A stretch of DNA of 64,000 bases from NCBI GenBank assembly GCA_965199715.1, contig OZ241322.1, positions 2,208,001 through 2,272,000 on the forward strand, written 5' to 3'. Below the pieces are notes generated by a model. That model searched no databases and was not told where the DNA came from. It saw nothing but the letters and a program-made list of their open reading frames with translations. The position numbers were made by a program, and so were the translations under genes. This DNA is from Vicinamibacteria bacterium. Its GTDB lineage: Bacteria; Acidobacteriota; Vicinamibacteria; Marinacidobacterales; Marinacidobacteraceae. Positions 1-11,219 of this stretch are shown here, one piece after another. The stretch's first letter is position 1. Each line of letters opens with the position of its first letter.

Positions 1-2139
<2,139 letters not shown>

Positions 2140-2148
2140 GATGCATGC

Positions 2149-2337
2149 ATGGCTTCGTTTCTTCTCTGGGCGCTCCTGTTCGTCGTCTGCTGGCCGGTCG
2201 CGCTGCTCGCGCTCGTCCTGTGGCCCGTCGTCTGGCTGCTGCTCCTGCCGTTCCGTCTGCTCGGAATCGCCGTCGATGGCGCGTTCTCGCTGCTGCGGGC
2301 GATGGTGACCCCGCCGGCCCGGGTGTTCGGTGGCTGA
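2149..2337 (+). CDS. small hydrophobic membrane protein
   Basis: 62 aa hydrophobic ORF filling the gap between ligA and the amidase. TAGGAT lies 6 nt before the ATG. Confidence 0.7.
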   Translation: MASFLLWALLFVVCWPVALLALVLWPVVWLLLLPFRLLGIAVDGAFSLLRAMVTPPARVFGG

Positions 2338-3706
2338 CGTCCTCCGGCGCGAGCTGGCCGGGCTCGATGTCGCGCCGCTGACTTCGGGCGCGCTCGCCGG
2401 ACGCTGGCGCAAGGCGTCGCTTCCGCCGCTGCCCGGCCCGTGCGAGCCCGGAGCGATCGCGCGGCTGCGCGAGAACCCGGGCGACGCGGCCGAACAAGCC
2501 CGCGCCCGCGCCGCGGGCGACGAACTGGGGGCGTTCATCCGGGTGTGCGCCCCAGCGTCCGAGCGCGTCGAGGGGCCTCTCGCCGGGATCCCGTTCACGG
2601 TCAAGGACATCGTGGACGTGCGCGGGCTCCCGACGACCTCCGGTTCGCTCTTCCCCCGCGACGCCGAAGCGGACGCGCCGGCGTGGGCGCGGCTCGCCAC
2701 CGCGGGCGCGATCCTCATCGGCAAGACGAACCTCCACGAGTGGGCGTTCGGGCTTACCGGCGAGAACCCGCACTTCGGAACGATCCGCAACCCGGCGGAC
2801 CGCCAGCGGAGCGCGGGCGGCTCGTCGTCGGGGTCGGCCGCCGCGCTGGCCGCCGGAATCGGCTACGGCTCGATCGGCACCGACACCGGCGGTTCCATCC
2901 GGATTCCGGGCGCGCTCACCGGAACCGCCGGCCTGAAGCCCTCGTACGGGCGGGTTTCCGCCGAAGGCGTGACTCCGCTCTCGTGGAGCCTCGACCACGT
3001 GGGGCCGATGGCCCGGACCGCCGCCGACCTCGACCTCATCTGGTCGGTTCTCGCCGGAGTCCCCGAGCGGGCGGCCACCCGGTCGCCCCGCCCGCTCGAC
3101 GGAATCCGCCTCGGCGTTCCCGAGACCTTCTTCTTCGAGAATCTCGTCCCCGAGGCGAAGGCGGCGACGGAAGCGGCGATCCGCGCCCTCGAAGGCCTCG
3201 GCGCCGCGCCCGAATCGGTCGCGATCCCCGAAATCGCCCTCGCGGCCCCGGCGCGCAACCTGATCGCCTTCGCCGAGGCGGCGGCGTTCCATCGGGAGCG
3301 CATGCGCCAGCGCCCCGGCGACTTCGGCGCCGACGTGCGGCGGAATCTCGAGGCCGGGGGCCGGATCGCGGCGGACGACCTCATGGCGGCGCTCTCGGCG
3401 CGGCGCCTCGTGACCGACGCCGTCTCGCGGACGCTGCGCGACGTGGACGCCCTCGTGGTCCCGACCGCGCCGACGGGCGCGCCCCGCATCGGGGCGGCCG
3501 AGCTGGACAACGGCGAGCCGGTCCGTCCGGGGCTGATGCGGCTCGTCGGCCCGTTCAACCTGACCGGACACCCGGTCGCGCAGGTTCCGGCCGGCCGGGA
3601 CGCCGCCGGGCTCCCGCTCGGGGTCCAGATCGTCGGGCCGCACGGCGGCGAGGATCGCGTCCTCGGGATCGCCCGATGGCTGGAGGCGGTACATTCCGCA
3701 AGGTGA
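2330..3706 (+). CDS. amidase-signature (GatA-like) family amidase
   Basis: VKDIVD, GKTNLHEWAFG, GGSSSGSAAA and GTDTGGSIRIP supply the Lys-Ser-Ser triad motifs. Confidence 0.92.
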   Translation: MADVLRRELAGLDVAPLTSGALAGRWRKASLPPLPGPCEPGAIARLRENPGDAAEQARARAAGDELGAFIRVCAPASERVEGPLAGIPFTVKDIVDVRGLPTTSGSLFPRDAEADAPAWARLATAGAILIGKTNLHEWAFGLTGENPHFGTIRNPADRQRSAGGSSSGSAAALAAGIGYGSIGTDTGGSIRIPGALTGTAGLKPSYGRVSAEGVTPLSWSLDHVGPMARTAADLDLIWSVLAGVPERAATRSPRPLDGIRLGVPETFFFENLVPEAKAATEAAIRALEGLGAAPESVAIPEIALAAPARNLIAFAEAAAFHRERMRQRPGDFGADVRRNLEAGGRIAADDLMAALSARRLVTDAVSRTLRDVDALVVPTAPTGAPRIGAAELDNGEPVRPGLMRLVGPFNLTGHPVAQVPAGRDAAGLPLGVQIVGPHGGEDRVLGIARWLEAVHSAR

Positions 3707-4491
3707 AGCTGCTCGAAGGGAAACGAGGTCTGATCGTCGGGGTAGGGAACCGGCGGTCCTTCGCGTGGGGCGTGGCGCAGGCGGCGGCCCGCGAGGGCGC
3801 CCGGCTCTCGCTGAGCTTCCAGAACGAGCGGCTGGGCCGCAACGTCAACAAGCTGGCGGCCGGGATCCCGGGTACCGGGACGCTGCCGCTCGACGTGGCC
3901 GACGACGCCCAGTTGGACGCGGCGGTGGAGTCGGTCCGCGAGCAGCTCGGCGGCCTCGACTTCCTCGTCCACTCGGTGGCCTTCGCGCCCCGCGACGAGC
4001 TCGTCGGCGCCTTCGCCGCGACCTCGCGCGGCGGCTTCGGCCTCGCGCTGGACATATCTGCCTACTCGCTGACCGCGCTGACGGCGCGGTTCCGCTCGAT
4101 GCTCGGCGAGGACGACGGCGGCGCGGTGGTCACGCTGTCGTACCTCGGGGCGGAGCGGGCGTTTCCGAACTACAACGTCATGGGGGTCGCCAAGTCGGCG
4201 CTCGAGTCCTCGGTGCGCTACCTCGCGAGCGACCTCGGCCCCGAGGGGATCCGGGTGAACGCCATCTCCGCGGGGCCGGCGAAGACGCTGGCGTCGTCCG
4301 CCGTCGGCGGGATTTCGCGGATCGTGGACCACTACCGCGCCCACGCCCCGCTCCGCCGCGCCACGACCCCCGACGAGGTGGGGGACGCGGCCGCCTTCCT
4401 GCTCTCGCCGCTGGCGCGCGGCGTGACCGGCGAGGTCCTGCACGTGGACAGCGGCTTCCACGCGATCGGCGCGACGCTCGGCGATGGCTGA
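3703..4491 (+). CDS. fabI: enoyl-ACP reductase (NADH)
   Basis: GTG at 3703 overlaps the amidase stop. LLEGKRGLIVGVGNRRSFAWG, LVHSVAFAP, YNVMGVAKSALE, IRVNAISAGP. Confidence 0.93.
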   Translation: MKLLEGKRGLIVGVGNRRSFAWGVAQAAAREGARLSLSFQNERLGRNVNKLAAGIPGTGTLPLDVADDAQLDAAVESVREQLGGLDFLVHSVAFAPRDELVGAFAATSRGGFGLALDISAYSLTALTARFRSMLGEDDGGAVVTLSYLGAERAFPNYNVMGVAKSALESSVRYLASDLGPEGIRVNAISAGPAKTLASSAVGGISRIVDHYRAHAPLRRATTPDEVGDAAAFLLSPLARGVTGEVLHVDSGFHAIGATLGDG

Positions 4492-5707
4492 CGAGCTCAT
4501 CTACGACTGGAACCGGCCGGATCCCGAAAACGTCTGGAAGCCGCGGAACCCGGTCCTGCTGAACGACGAGACGCTCCGGGACGGGCTCCAGAGCCCGTCG
4601 GTGGTCTCGCCGCCCATCGAGCAAAAGGTCCGGGTGCTGCATCTCATCGACGCGCTCGGCGTCCAGTCCGCCGACATCGGCCTGCCGGCGGCGGGGCCCC
4701 ACGTGGAGTCGCAGGTGCTCCGCCTCGCCCAGGAGATAGTGAGCGCGAAGCTGCAAGTCCGCCCCAACTGCGCCGCCCGGACGCTCGTCGCCGACATCGA
4801 ACCCATCCACCGGGTCTCCGAGAAGGTCGGCATCCCGATCGAGGTGGCCGCCTTCATCGGCTCCAGCCCGATCCGCCAGTACGCCGAGGAGTGGGATCTC
4901 GACTTCCTGCTGCGCCAGACCGAGAAGGCGGTGACGTGGTCGGTGCAGCGCGGGCTTGCGGTGGAGTACGTCACCGAGGACACGACCCGCGCCCGCCCCG
5001 AGACCGTCCGCAAGCTGTATCTGGCCGCGATCCGCTGCGGCGCCCGTCGCGTCGTGGTCTGCGACACCGTCGGCCACGCGACTCCCGACGGCGTGACCCG
5101 GCTCATCCGATTCGTGCGCGAGGTGATCGACGAGAGCGGCGCCGACGTGCAGCTCGACTGGCACGGCCATCGGGATCGAGGCCTTTCGGTGCCCAACAGC
5201 CTGACCGCGATCGAGGCCGGGGCCGACTGCGTCCACGGCACCGCCATCGGCATCGGCGAGCGCTGCGGGAACACCCCGATGGACCAGCTCCTCGTGAACC
5301 TGAACCTGCTCGGTTGGACCGACAACGACCTGTCGGCGCTGCGCGACTACTGCGAGGCGGTCGCCGAGGCCACCGGAGTTCCCATTCCCGCGGGGTACCC
5401 CGTCGTCGGTCGCGACGCCTTCCGGACCGGGACCGGGGTCCACGCCGCGGCCATCATCAAGGCGAGGGAGAAGGGCGACGACTGGCTCGCCGACCGGGTG
5501 TATTCGGGAGTCGCCGCCGGCGACTACGGGCTCCGCCAGAAGGTCGAGGTCGGGCCGATGAGCGGTCTCGCGAACGTGACGTACTGGCTGCGCCAGCACG
5601 GCCACGCCGCCACGGACGAGCTGGCCGCGAGGGTGTTCCGCGCGGCGAAGAGCGCCGACCGGGTGCTCACCGACGCCGAGATCGAGGGAGTCGTCAGGAG
5701 CGGCTGA
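4484..5707 (+). CDS. LeuA/homocitrate synthase-like DRE-TIM acyltransferase, no regulatory domain
   Basis: DETLRDGLQS, HGHRDRG and GIGERCGN motifs. Confidence 0.85.
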   Translation: MADELIYDWNRPDPENVWKPRNPVLLNDETLRDGLQSPSVVSPPIEQKVRVLHLIDALGVQSADIGLPAAGPHVESQVLRLAQEIVSAKLQVRPNCAARTLVADIEPIHRVSEKVGIPIEVAAFIGSSPIRQYAEEWDLDFLLRQTEKAVTWSVQRGLAVEYVTEDTTRARPETVRKLYLAAIRCGARRVVVCDTVGHATPDGVTRLIRFVREVIDESGADVQLDWHGHRDRGLSVPNSLTAIEAGADCVHGTAIGIGERCGNTPMDQLLVNLNLLGWTDNDLSALRDYCEAVAEATGVPIPAGYPVVGRDAFRTGTGVHAAAIIKAREKGDDWLADRVYSGVAAGDYGLRQKVEVGPMSGLANVTYWLRQHGHAATDELAARVFRAAKSADRVLTDAEIEGVVRSG

Positions 5708-6551
5708 CCGCGAGGCCCACGCCCTCGTGGATCAGCCGCGCGGCCAGCAGCAGCGTCCGCTGCTCGGCGTCCCCGCCCGGGCACGCCTCGACCACGTCCA
5801 TCCCGGCGAGGCGGAACCGCCGCCCGATCTCGTGGACGAGGTCCAGCCCGGCGCGGGCGGAGAGTCCGCCGGGCACCGGATGCGCCACCGCCGGCGCGAA
5901 GGCCGGATCGAACCCGTCCATGTCGATCGTCAGGTACACGCGGGCGCCGTCGGGGAGATGGTCGAGGAACGACGTCCGGCGCGCGGCCTCCCGGGCGGTG
6001 ATGGAGCGCACGCGGCCGGGATGGGCCTCGCGCAGCGCGAGCTGGACCGGGTTCTCCGTGCGGACCCCGATCTGGGTCACGCTGCGCACCCACGGGAACT
6101 CGAGCAGGCGCGCGGCGACGCAGGCGTGGGAGTCGCGGTTCCCCTCGAAGTCGGGATACATGTCGGGGTGCGCGTCCCACTGGACCACGTGCAGGTCGCC
6201 CCGGCCCTCGAACGCGGCGACGAGCGGCGGAGTGATCGCGTGGTCGCCCCCCAGAACGAACGGAACCCGCCCGGCGTCCAGCTCGGGGGCGACGGCCTTC
6301 CGGTAGCGCTCCTTGTCGGATTGGAATCCCTCGGCCGAGGGTTCGAGGTCGCCGAGGTCGTACAGCGCTCCCGCGCAATCGACCATCGCCTCGGTGCACG
6401 AGTTGTGGCAGTCGCCGTCGTAGGCGACCCGGATGGCCGGCGGGGCGTCGGAACAGGCGCTGCGGAAGGTGGACTGCGTGGCGTCCCGGACGCCGAGCAG
6501 CGAGGCGGGAGCGTCCGGATGCTTCGTGAGGAGGCCGGCGAACGGGATCAT
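5694..6551 (-). CDS. arginase/agmatinase family ureohydrolase
   Basis: GGDHAIT, DAHPD and IDMDGFDPAFAPAV...PGGLS metal-binding motifs. Confidence 0.9.
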   Translation of the reverse strand: MIPFAGLLTKHPDAPASLLGVRDATQSTFRSACSDAPPAIRVAYDGDCHNSCTEAMVDCAGALYDLGDLEPSAEGFQSDKERYRKAVAPELDAGRVPFVLGGDHAITPPLVAAFEGRGDLHVVQWDAHPDMYPDFEGNRDSHACVAARLLEFPWVRSVTQIGVRTENPVQLALREAHPGRVRSITAREAARRTSFLDHLPDGARVYLTIDMDGFDPAFAPAVAHPVPGGLSARAGLDLVHEIGRRFRLAGMDVVEACPGGDAEQRTLLLAARLIHEGVGLAVSRS

Positions 6552-6578
6552 CCGGCAAGGCTACTAAGCTCCCCGCCG

Positions 6579-8009
6579 ATGCCGAAGCCGCCGCGCCCCG
6601 CCGTCGGGGCGATGCTCGTTCGGGGCGGCCGGACGCTGCTCGTGCGGCGCTCGCCGAAGCTGCGCGCCTTCGCGAACTTCTGGGCGTTTCCCGGCGGCAC
6701 AATCGCCCGGTCGGACTCCGGCCCCGCCGAGGCCGCCGCCCGGGAGGTCTTCGAGGAGACCGGAGTCCTGCTGGCGCGGGGCCGCGATCCCGCCGTCCCG
6801 CTGGACCCGCTGCGCCGGGCGCTGCTGGCGGAGGAGATTTCGTTCGCCGAGGCGCTGCGGCGGACCGGCGCGACGCTGCGCGACGCCGACTTCGTCGAGG
6901 TCGAGTCGCTCACCACCCCCGAATCCGCCCCGTATCGCTTCGAGACCCGGTTCTTCCGGCTGCCACTCCCCGACGACGCCGAGGTCTCCGTCTGGCCGGG
7001 CGAGATCGTGGACTCGGCGCTCGCGACCCCCGAGGAGGCGCTCGCCCGCTGGCGAGACGGCGCCATGGCGCTCGCGCCGCCGATCATCGGTCTCCTCGAG
7101 CGCTGGTCGGACGACGACGCCCAGTACCGCGAGCGGAACCGCGTCGAGCGGGCGCGCCGCCCGGTCGTCCGGTTCTCGCCCGGATGCGCGGTGATTCCGT
7201 GCCGGACGCGCACGCTCCCGCCGGCGACCCACACGAACGCGATCCTCATGGGGACCTCCCGGCGCTTCCTCGTGGATCCGGCGCCCGAGGATCCGGACGA
7301 ACGAGCGATGCTCTTCGAACTGGTGGACCGCCTGCTCGGTGCCGACCGGCTCGAGGCGGTGCTGGTCACCCACCACCATCCGGACCACGTGGGATCGGTC
7401 GCGGCGGCCGCCGAACGCTACGAAGTTCCCGTCGGGGCGCACCGAGAGACCCTCGCCCGGCTGCCGGCCTTTCCCGGCGCGACCCGCGCGCTGGACGAGG
7501 GCGACGTTCTCGATCTCGGGACCGCGCCCGACGGCTCGCCCGACTGGCGCCTTGGGGTCCAGTTCGTGCCCGGCCACGCGCCCGGGCACCTTGCGTTCGT
7601 CGAGAGCCGCTACGGCGCGATGATCCTTGGCGACATGGTCTCGTCGATCTCGTCGATCCTGATCTCGCCCGAAGACGGCGATCTGGGCCAGTACATGGAT
7701 TCGCTGCGCCGCCTCGCCGGCGAGTGCCGGGGGATGGCGTATCCGGGCCACGGGACGCCAGTGGTCGATGGCCCGGGGCTGCTCGCGAAGCAGGTCAAGC
7801 ACCGGGAAGCTCGGGAGGCGGCGGTGCTGGACGCGCTCGGGGAGCGTCCGGCCGCCCTCCGCGAGATCGGGTTGCGCGCGTATCCGGAAGTCCCCGAGTC
7901 GGGGCCGGTGCGCCGTATGGCCGAGACCGCGCTGACCTCCGGCCTGCTGAAGCTGGAGCGGGAGAATCGCGCGCGGCGCGGCGGGGACGGCTGGGCGCTC
8001 GCCGGCTGA
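6579..8009 (+). CDS. NUDIX hydrolase / metallo-beta-lactamase fold fusion protein
   Basis: N-terminal FPGG...AAAREVFEETG Nudix box; C-terminal THHHPDH, PGHAPGH, GD and PGHG MBL motifs. ATG 6579 is in frame with ORF 5727..8009. Confidence 0.88.
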   Translation: MPKPPRPAVGAMLVRGGRTLLVRRSPKLRAFANFWAFPGGTIARSDSGPAEAAAREVFEETGVLLARGRDPAVPLDPLRRALLAEEISFAEALRRTGATLRDADFVEVESLTTPESAPYRFETRFFRLPLPDDAEVSVWPGEIVDSALATPEEALARWRDGAMALAPPIIGLLERWSDDDAQYRERNRVERARRPVVRFSPGCAVIPCRTRTLPPATHTNAILMGTSRRFLVDPAPEDPDERAMLFELVDRLLGADRLEAVLVTHHHPDHVGSVAAAAERYEVPVGAHRETLARLPAFPGATRALDEGDVLDLGTAPDGSPDWRLGVQFVPGHAPGHLAFVESRYGAMILGDMVSSISSILISPEDGDLGQYMDSLRRLAGECRGMAYPGHGTPVVDGPGLLAKQVKHREAREAAVLDALGERPAALREIGLRAYPEVPESGPVRRMAETALTSGLLKLERENRARRGGDGWALAG

Positions 8010-8011
8010 AC

Positions 8012-9286
8012 CTACTCGGCCGTGCTGCCGGGCACTGTGTTCCCGGCGATCACGACGCGCTCGATCGTGCGCAGCGCCGCGATCCCGTCGAGTGGGTTCT
8101 CGCGCAACACGATGAAATCGGCCCACTTGCCGGGAACTAGCTCGCCCACTTCGTCAAAATCCAGACACCGCGCCGCGTCGCGGGTGGCCGAGAGGAGGAT
8201 CTGTTCGGCGCTCAGCCCCGCCTCGGCCATCTCGGCGGTCTCGATGTGCTCGAAGTAGCCCTGGAAGCGCGCCGGCGGCCCGGTGTCGGTGCCGAACGCG
8301 ATGGTCACCCCGGCGTCGGCCACGGCCTTCACGTTGGCCATCGCGATCGGGTAGTGCTCCCGATAGCCCTGCGCGGACGGGCTCGCGGCGACCCGCGCCA
8401 TGCGCTCGGGATCCCGCAACTGGTCCAGCACCGCCGGATCGGCGTCCTTCAGGAAGAACGGGTCGTCGAAGAACTCGGGCACGTCGGCGTACACGAAGGT
8501 GGAGATCTCCCGCACCAGCGTGGGCACGTAGCAGACGCCCTTTTCCAGCATGAGGTCGAGAAACTCCTGATCGACCGGCTGGTCGCGCACGCTGTGGGCG
8601 ATCAGCCCCGACCCCAGGCGCAGCGCCTCCTTCGCGTCGTCCAGGTAGAAGATGTGGGTCGTGACCCGCTTGCCGGCCTCGGCGGCGAGCGCCATGACCC
8701 GCTCGATGGTCTCCGACGGCACCCGCTCGTTCGCGCCGAGGTTCGTGTCGATCCGCATCTTGAGGAAGTCGGCGGGCAGCGCGAGGCTCTCGGTCACGAT
8801 CGCCTCGGCCTCCTCGGGCGAGCCGCTCGAGACGATCCCCCCGCCGATCCAGATGCGGGCGCGGTCCAGCGACTCGTCCTGCTCGTCGCGCAGCGCCGCC
8901 GCCTCCGGCCCGTCGCCGCCCAGCGAGGCGATGCTCGTGACCCCGTAGCGGGCGTAGAGCGCGAGCTGCCGGACGAGGTTCTCGCGAGTGTAGTGCCCGC
9001 CTTCCAGACCCATCACGTCGCCCACGTGCCCGTGCGCGTTCACGAAGCCGGGAATGACGGTCATCCCCGAAAGGTCCGTCACCTCGGCCCCGGCGGGAAC
9101 CTCGACCGCGCCCGCCGCCGAGACCCGTCCGTCGCGCACGACGAGAACCGCGTCCTCGACGGCAGCCGCGCCGGTCCCGTCCCACAGCGTGATCCCGGTG
9201 TAGGCGGTGACTCCCTCGAGCGGGGGCGGCGGCTCGGGGCCGCAGCCGAGCAGGGCGATCAGGGCGAGGGGCAGGGAAAGGCGCAT
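8012..9286 (-). CDS. amidohydrolase family lipoprotein
   Basis: Lipobox LLGC, PGFVNAHGH, FGTDTG, G-x-L-x-PGKWADF. GGAGG RBS before ATG 9286. Confidence 0.9.
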   Translation of the reverse strand: MRLSLPLALIALLGCGPEPPPPLEGVTAYTGITLWDGTGAAAVEDAVLVVRDGRVSAAGAVEVPAGAEVTDLSGMTVIPGFVNAHGHVGDVMGLEGGHYTRENLVRQLALYARYGVTSIASLGGDGPEAAALRDEQDESLDRARIWIGGGIVSSGSPEEAEAIVTESLALPADFLKMRIDTNLGANERVPSETIERVMALAAEAGKRVTTHIFYLDDAKEALRLGSGLIAHSVRDQPVDQEFLDLMLEKGVCYVPTLVREISTFVYADVPEFFDDPFFLKDADPAVLDQLRDPERMARVAASPSAQGYREHYPIAMANVKAVADAGVTIAFGTDTGPPARFQGYFEHIETAEMAEAGLSAEQILLSATRDAARCLDFDEVGELVPGKWADFIVLRENPLDGIAALRTIERVVIAGNTVPGSTAE

Positions 9287-9353
9287 GGGAACCTCCGGGG
9301 GCGGCTGAGCATATCCGTGGGCCGTAGTGCCTCCGGCGCTTTCGCCCGGAGAA

Positions 9354-10846
9354 GGGACTGTCCGTAATTCCGTGTTTGGGGGCCATGGCATGAAGTCCGG
9401 GAGGACGAGGCGTGGCACGCGCACGACAGCTACGAGGGCCGCGCCCGCGGAAGGGGCGGATCAGCGACCGGCTGCTGGATGAGCTACTGGCGGGGGAGGA
9501 CCCGACCGAGGCCTTCCACGACGGGAAGCTGGTCGCCGAGTCGAAGAAGGCGCTCAGCGAGCGGATCCTCGGGGCCGAGATGGGCCCGCATCTGGACCGC
9601 AAGGCGGAGCGGGCGGCGGGGAACCACCGGAACGGGCACAACCGGAAGCGGGCGCTCGCGGGCGACGTGGAGCTGGATCTGGCGGCGCCCCGGGATCGCC
9701 ACGGGACGTTCGAGCCGCAACTGGTGGAGAAGTGCGCCCGGCGGCTGCCGGGGTTCGACGAACAGGCGATCTCGATGTACGGGCGGGGGATGGCGACGCG
9801 GGAGATCCAGGGCCGCGTGGAGCAGTCGTACGGGATGAAGGCGTCGGCGGAGACGATCTCCGCGGCCACCGAAACGGTAGCGGAGGATGTCCGGGAGTGG
9901 CGCTCGCGCCCGCTGGAGGCGACCTGCGCGCTGGTGTTCTTCGACGCGCTGCGGGCGAAGATCCGGGACGGGGGCCTGGTGCGGAACAAGGCGGCGTGCA
10001 TGGCCATCGGGGTGACCTGCGGGGGCCGGAAGGAGGTTCTGGGGTTCTGGATCCAGGAGACGGAGGGGGCGAAGTTCCGGCTGGGGGTGATGAACGAGCT
10101 GAAGGGCCGGGGGGTCCGGGACGTGCTGATCGCGGTGGCGGACGGGCTGAAGGGCTTCCCGGAGGCGATCGAGGCGGCGTTCCCGCAGGCGCTCGTGCCG
10201 AAGTGCGTGGCGCGCCTGATCCGGCGGTCGCCGCGCTACGCGTCGCACAAGGAACGGCGGGAGCTGGCGGCGGCGCTGAAGACGATCTGCCGCGCGGCGA
10301 CGGAGGCGGCGGCGGAAGCGGCGCTGGACGCGGTGGAGGACGGGCCGTGGGGTCGGAAGCATCCGGCGATCCCGGCGATGTGGCGGCGTGCGTGGACGCA
10401 GGCGATCCCGTTCCTCGCGTTCTCGGAGCCGATCCGGCGGGCGATCTACACGACGAACGCGATCGAGAGCCGGAACAGTTCGGTGCGGCGTGCGGTGCGG
10501 ACGCGGGGATGCTTCCCGCACGACCGTGCGGCGGCGAAGTTGATCTGCCTGGCGCTGCGGCGGGCGCAGGCGGCGTGGAAGCGGCCGCCGCGGTACTGGC
10601 GCGAGGCGCGGGCGGAGTTCGCGATCCGGTTCGGGGCGCGGTTCCAGCCGGATGACCCCTGAGCGCCCGACGGCGAGTTCCCCTCGGCCTTCCTCCGCTC
10701 CGCCGACTCAGCCCGGATCGGCCCCGGCGCACCCTCGGCGGCCCGCCGTTCCGGCCCGGCTCACCCCGCTGGTACCGTCAGACGCGCCCTGGCGACGGGG
10801 GCGAAGAAACATCTACGCCCCCAAACACGGGAATCCTGATACCTCC
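9354..10846 (+). mobile_element. IS256-family insertion sequence (probably degenerate)
   Basis: Imperfect ~30 bp terminal inverted repeats: 9354 GGGACTGTCCGTAATTCCGTGTTTGGGGGC and 10817 GCCCCCAAACACGGGAATCCTGATACCTCC, with a perfect 14 bp inner match. They flank a Mutator-type transposase. No target-site duplication. Confidence 0.9.
9412..10662 (+). CDS. IS256-family transposase (open frame, many conserved residues altered)
   Basis: PRDRHGTFEPQLV, FFDAL, DGLKGFPEAI and IYTTNAIES (DDE triad). The CxxH motif reads CVAR. Confidence 0.92.
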   Translation: MARARQLRGPRPRKGRISDRLLDELLAGEDPTEAFHDGKLVAESKKALSERILGAEMGPHLDRKAERAAGNHRNGHNRKRALAGDVELDLAAPRDRHGTFEPQLVEKCARRLPGFDEQAISMYGRGMATREIQGRVEQSYGMKASAETISAATETVAEDVREWRSRPLEATCALVFFDALRAKIRDGGLVRNKAACMAIGVTCGGRKEVLGFWIQETEGAKFRLGVMNELKGRGVRDVLIAVADGLKGFPEAIEAAFPQALVPKCVARLIRRSPRYASHKERRELAAALKTICRAATEAAAEAALDAVEDGPWGRKHPAIPAMWRRAWTQAIPFLAFSEPIRRAIYTTNAIESRNSSVRRAVRTRGCFPHDRAAAKLICLALRRAQAAWKRPPRYWREARAEFAIRFGARFQPDDP

Positions 10847-11219
10847 GTTCAAGGATCTGCCCACCCGCGCGGCGGGAGTCCGCGACGGCTACTCGCCAAG
10901 AACGCACGAACTGGGCCGACGCTACAAGGAGCGCTGTGACTTCGAATGCGGGTGCCGTGGGGTTCCGTTGACGAACGGGGACGCGAAACTCCTCGACTTG
11001 CACCACATCAACGGAGTGACGCAGGACAACAACTGGGCGAACCTCATGGCGCTATGCAAGCTGTGTCACGCGGGGCAGCCGCAGCACGGCCGCCTGCAGG
11101 CGTCCGAGGAGGACGAACGTCGGATTCGCGAGCTGCGCAACCGCAAGAACGGGAATCGCGGCGAGGACGACCAACTCGGCCCGGCGGTGAGCGGACGCGG
11201 GGTAGGCTCCGCGCCGTGA
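10847..11219 (+). pseudogene. 5'-truncated HNH endonuclease
   Basis: The frame is open from the IS end: FKDLPTRAAG...YKERCDFECGC...LHHINGVTQDNNWANLMALCKLCH. The N-terminus is absent. Confidence 0.8.

Noticed and set aside
9412-10662. Diversity-generating retroelement as the source of the A->G changes
   Set aside because: No reverse transcriptase or TR/VR repeat pair in the window, and changes affect both A and T on the coding strand across the whole gene.
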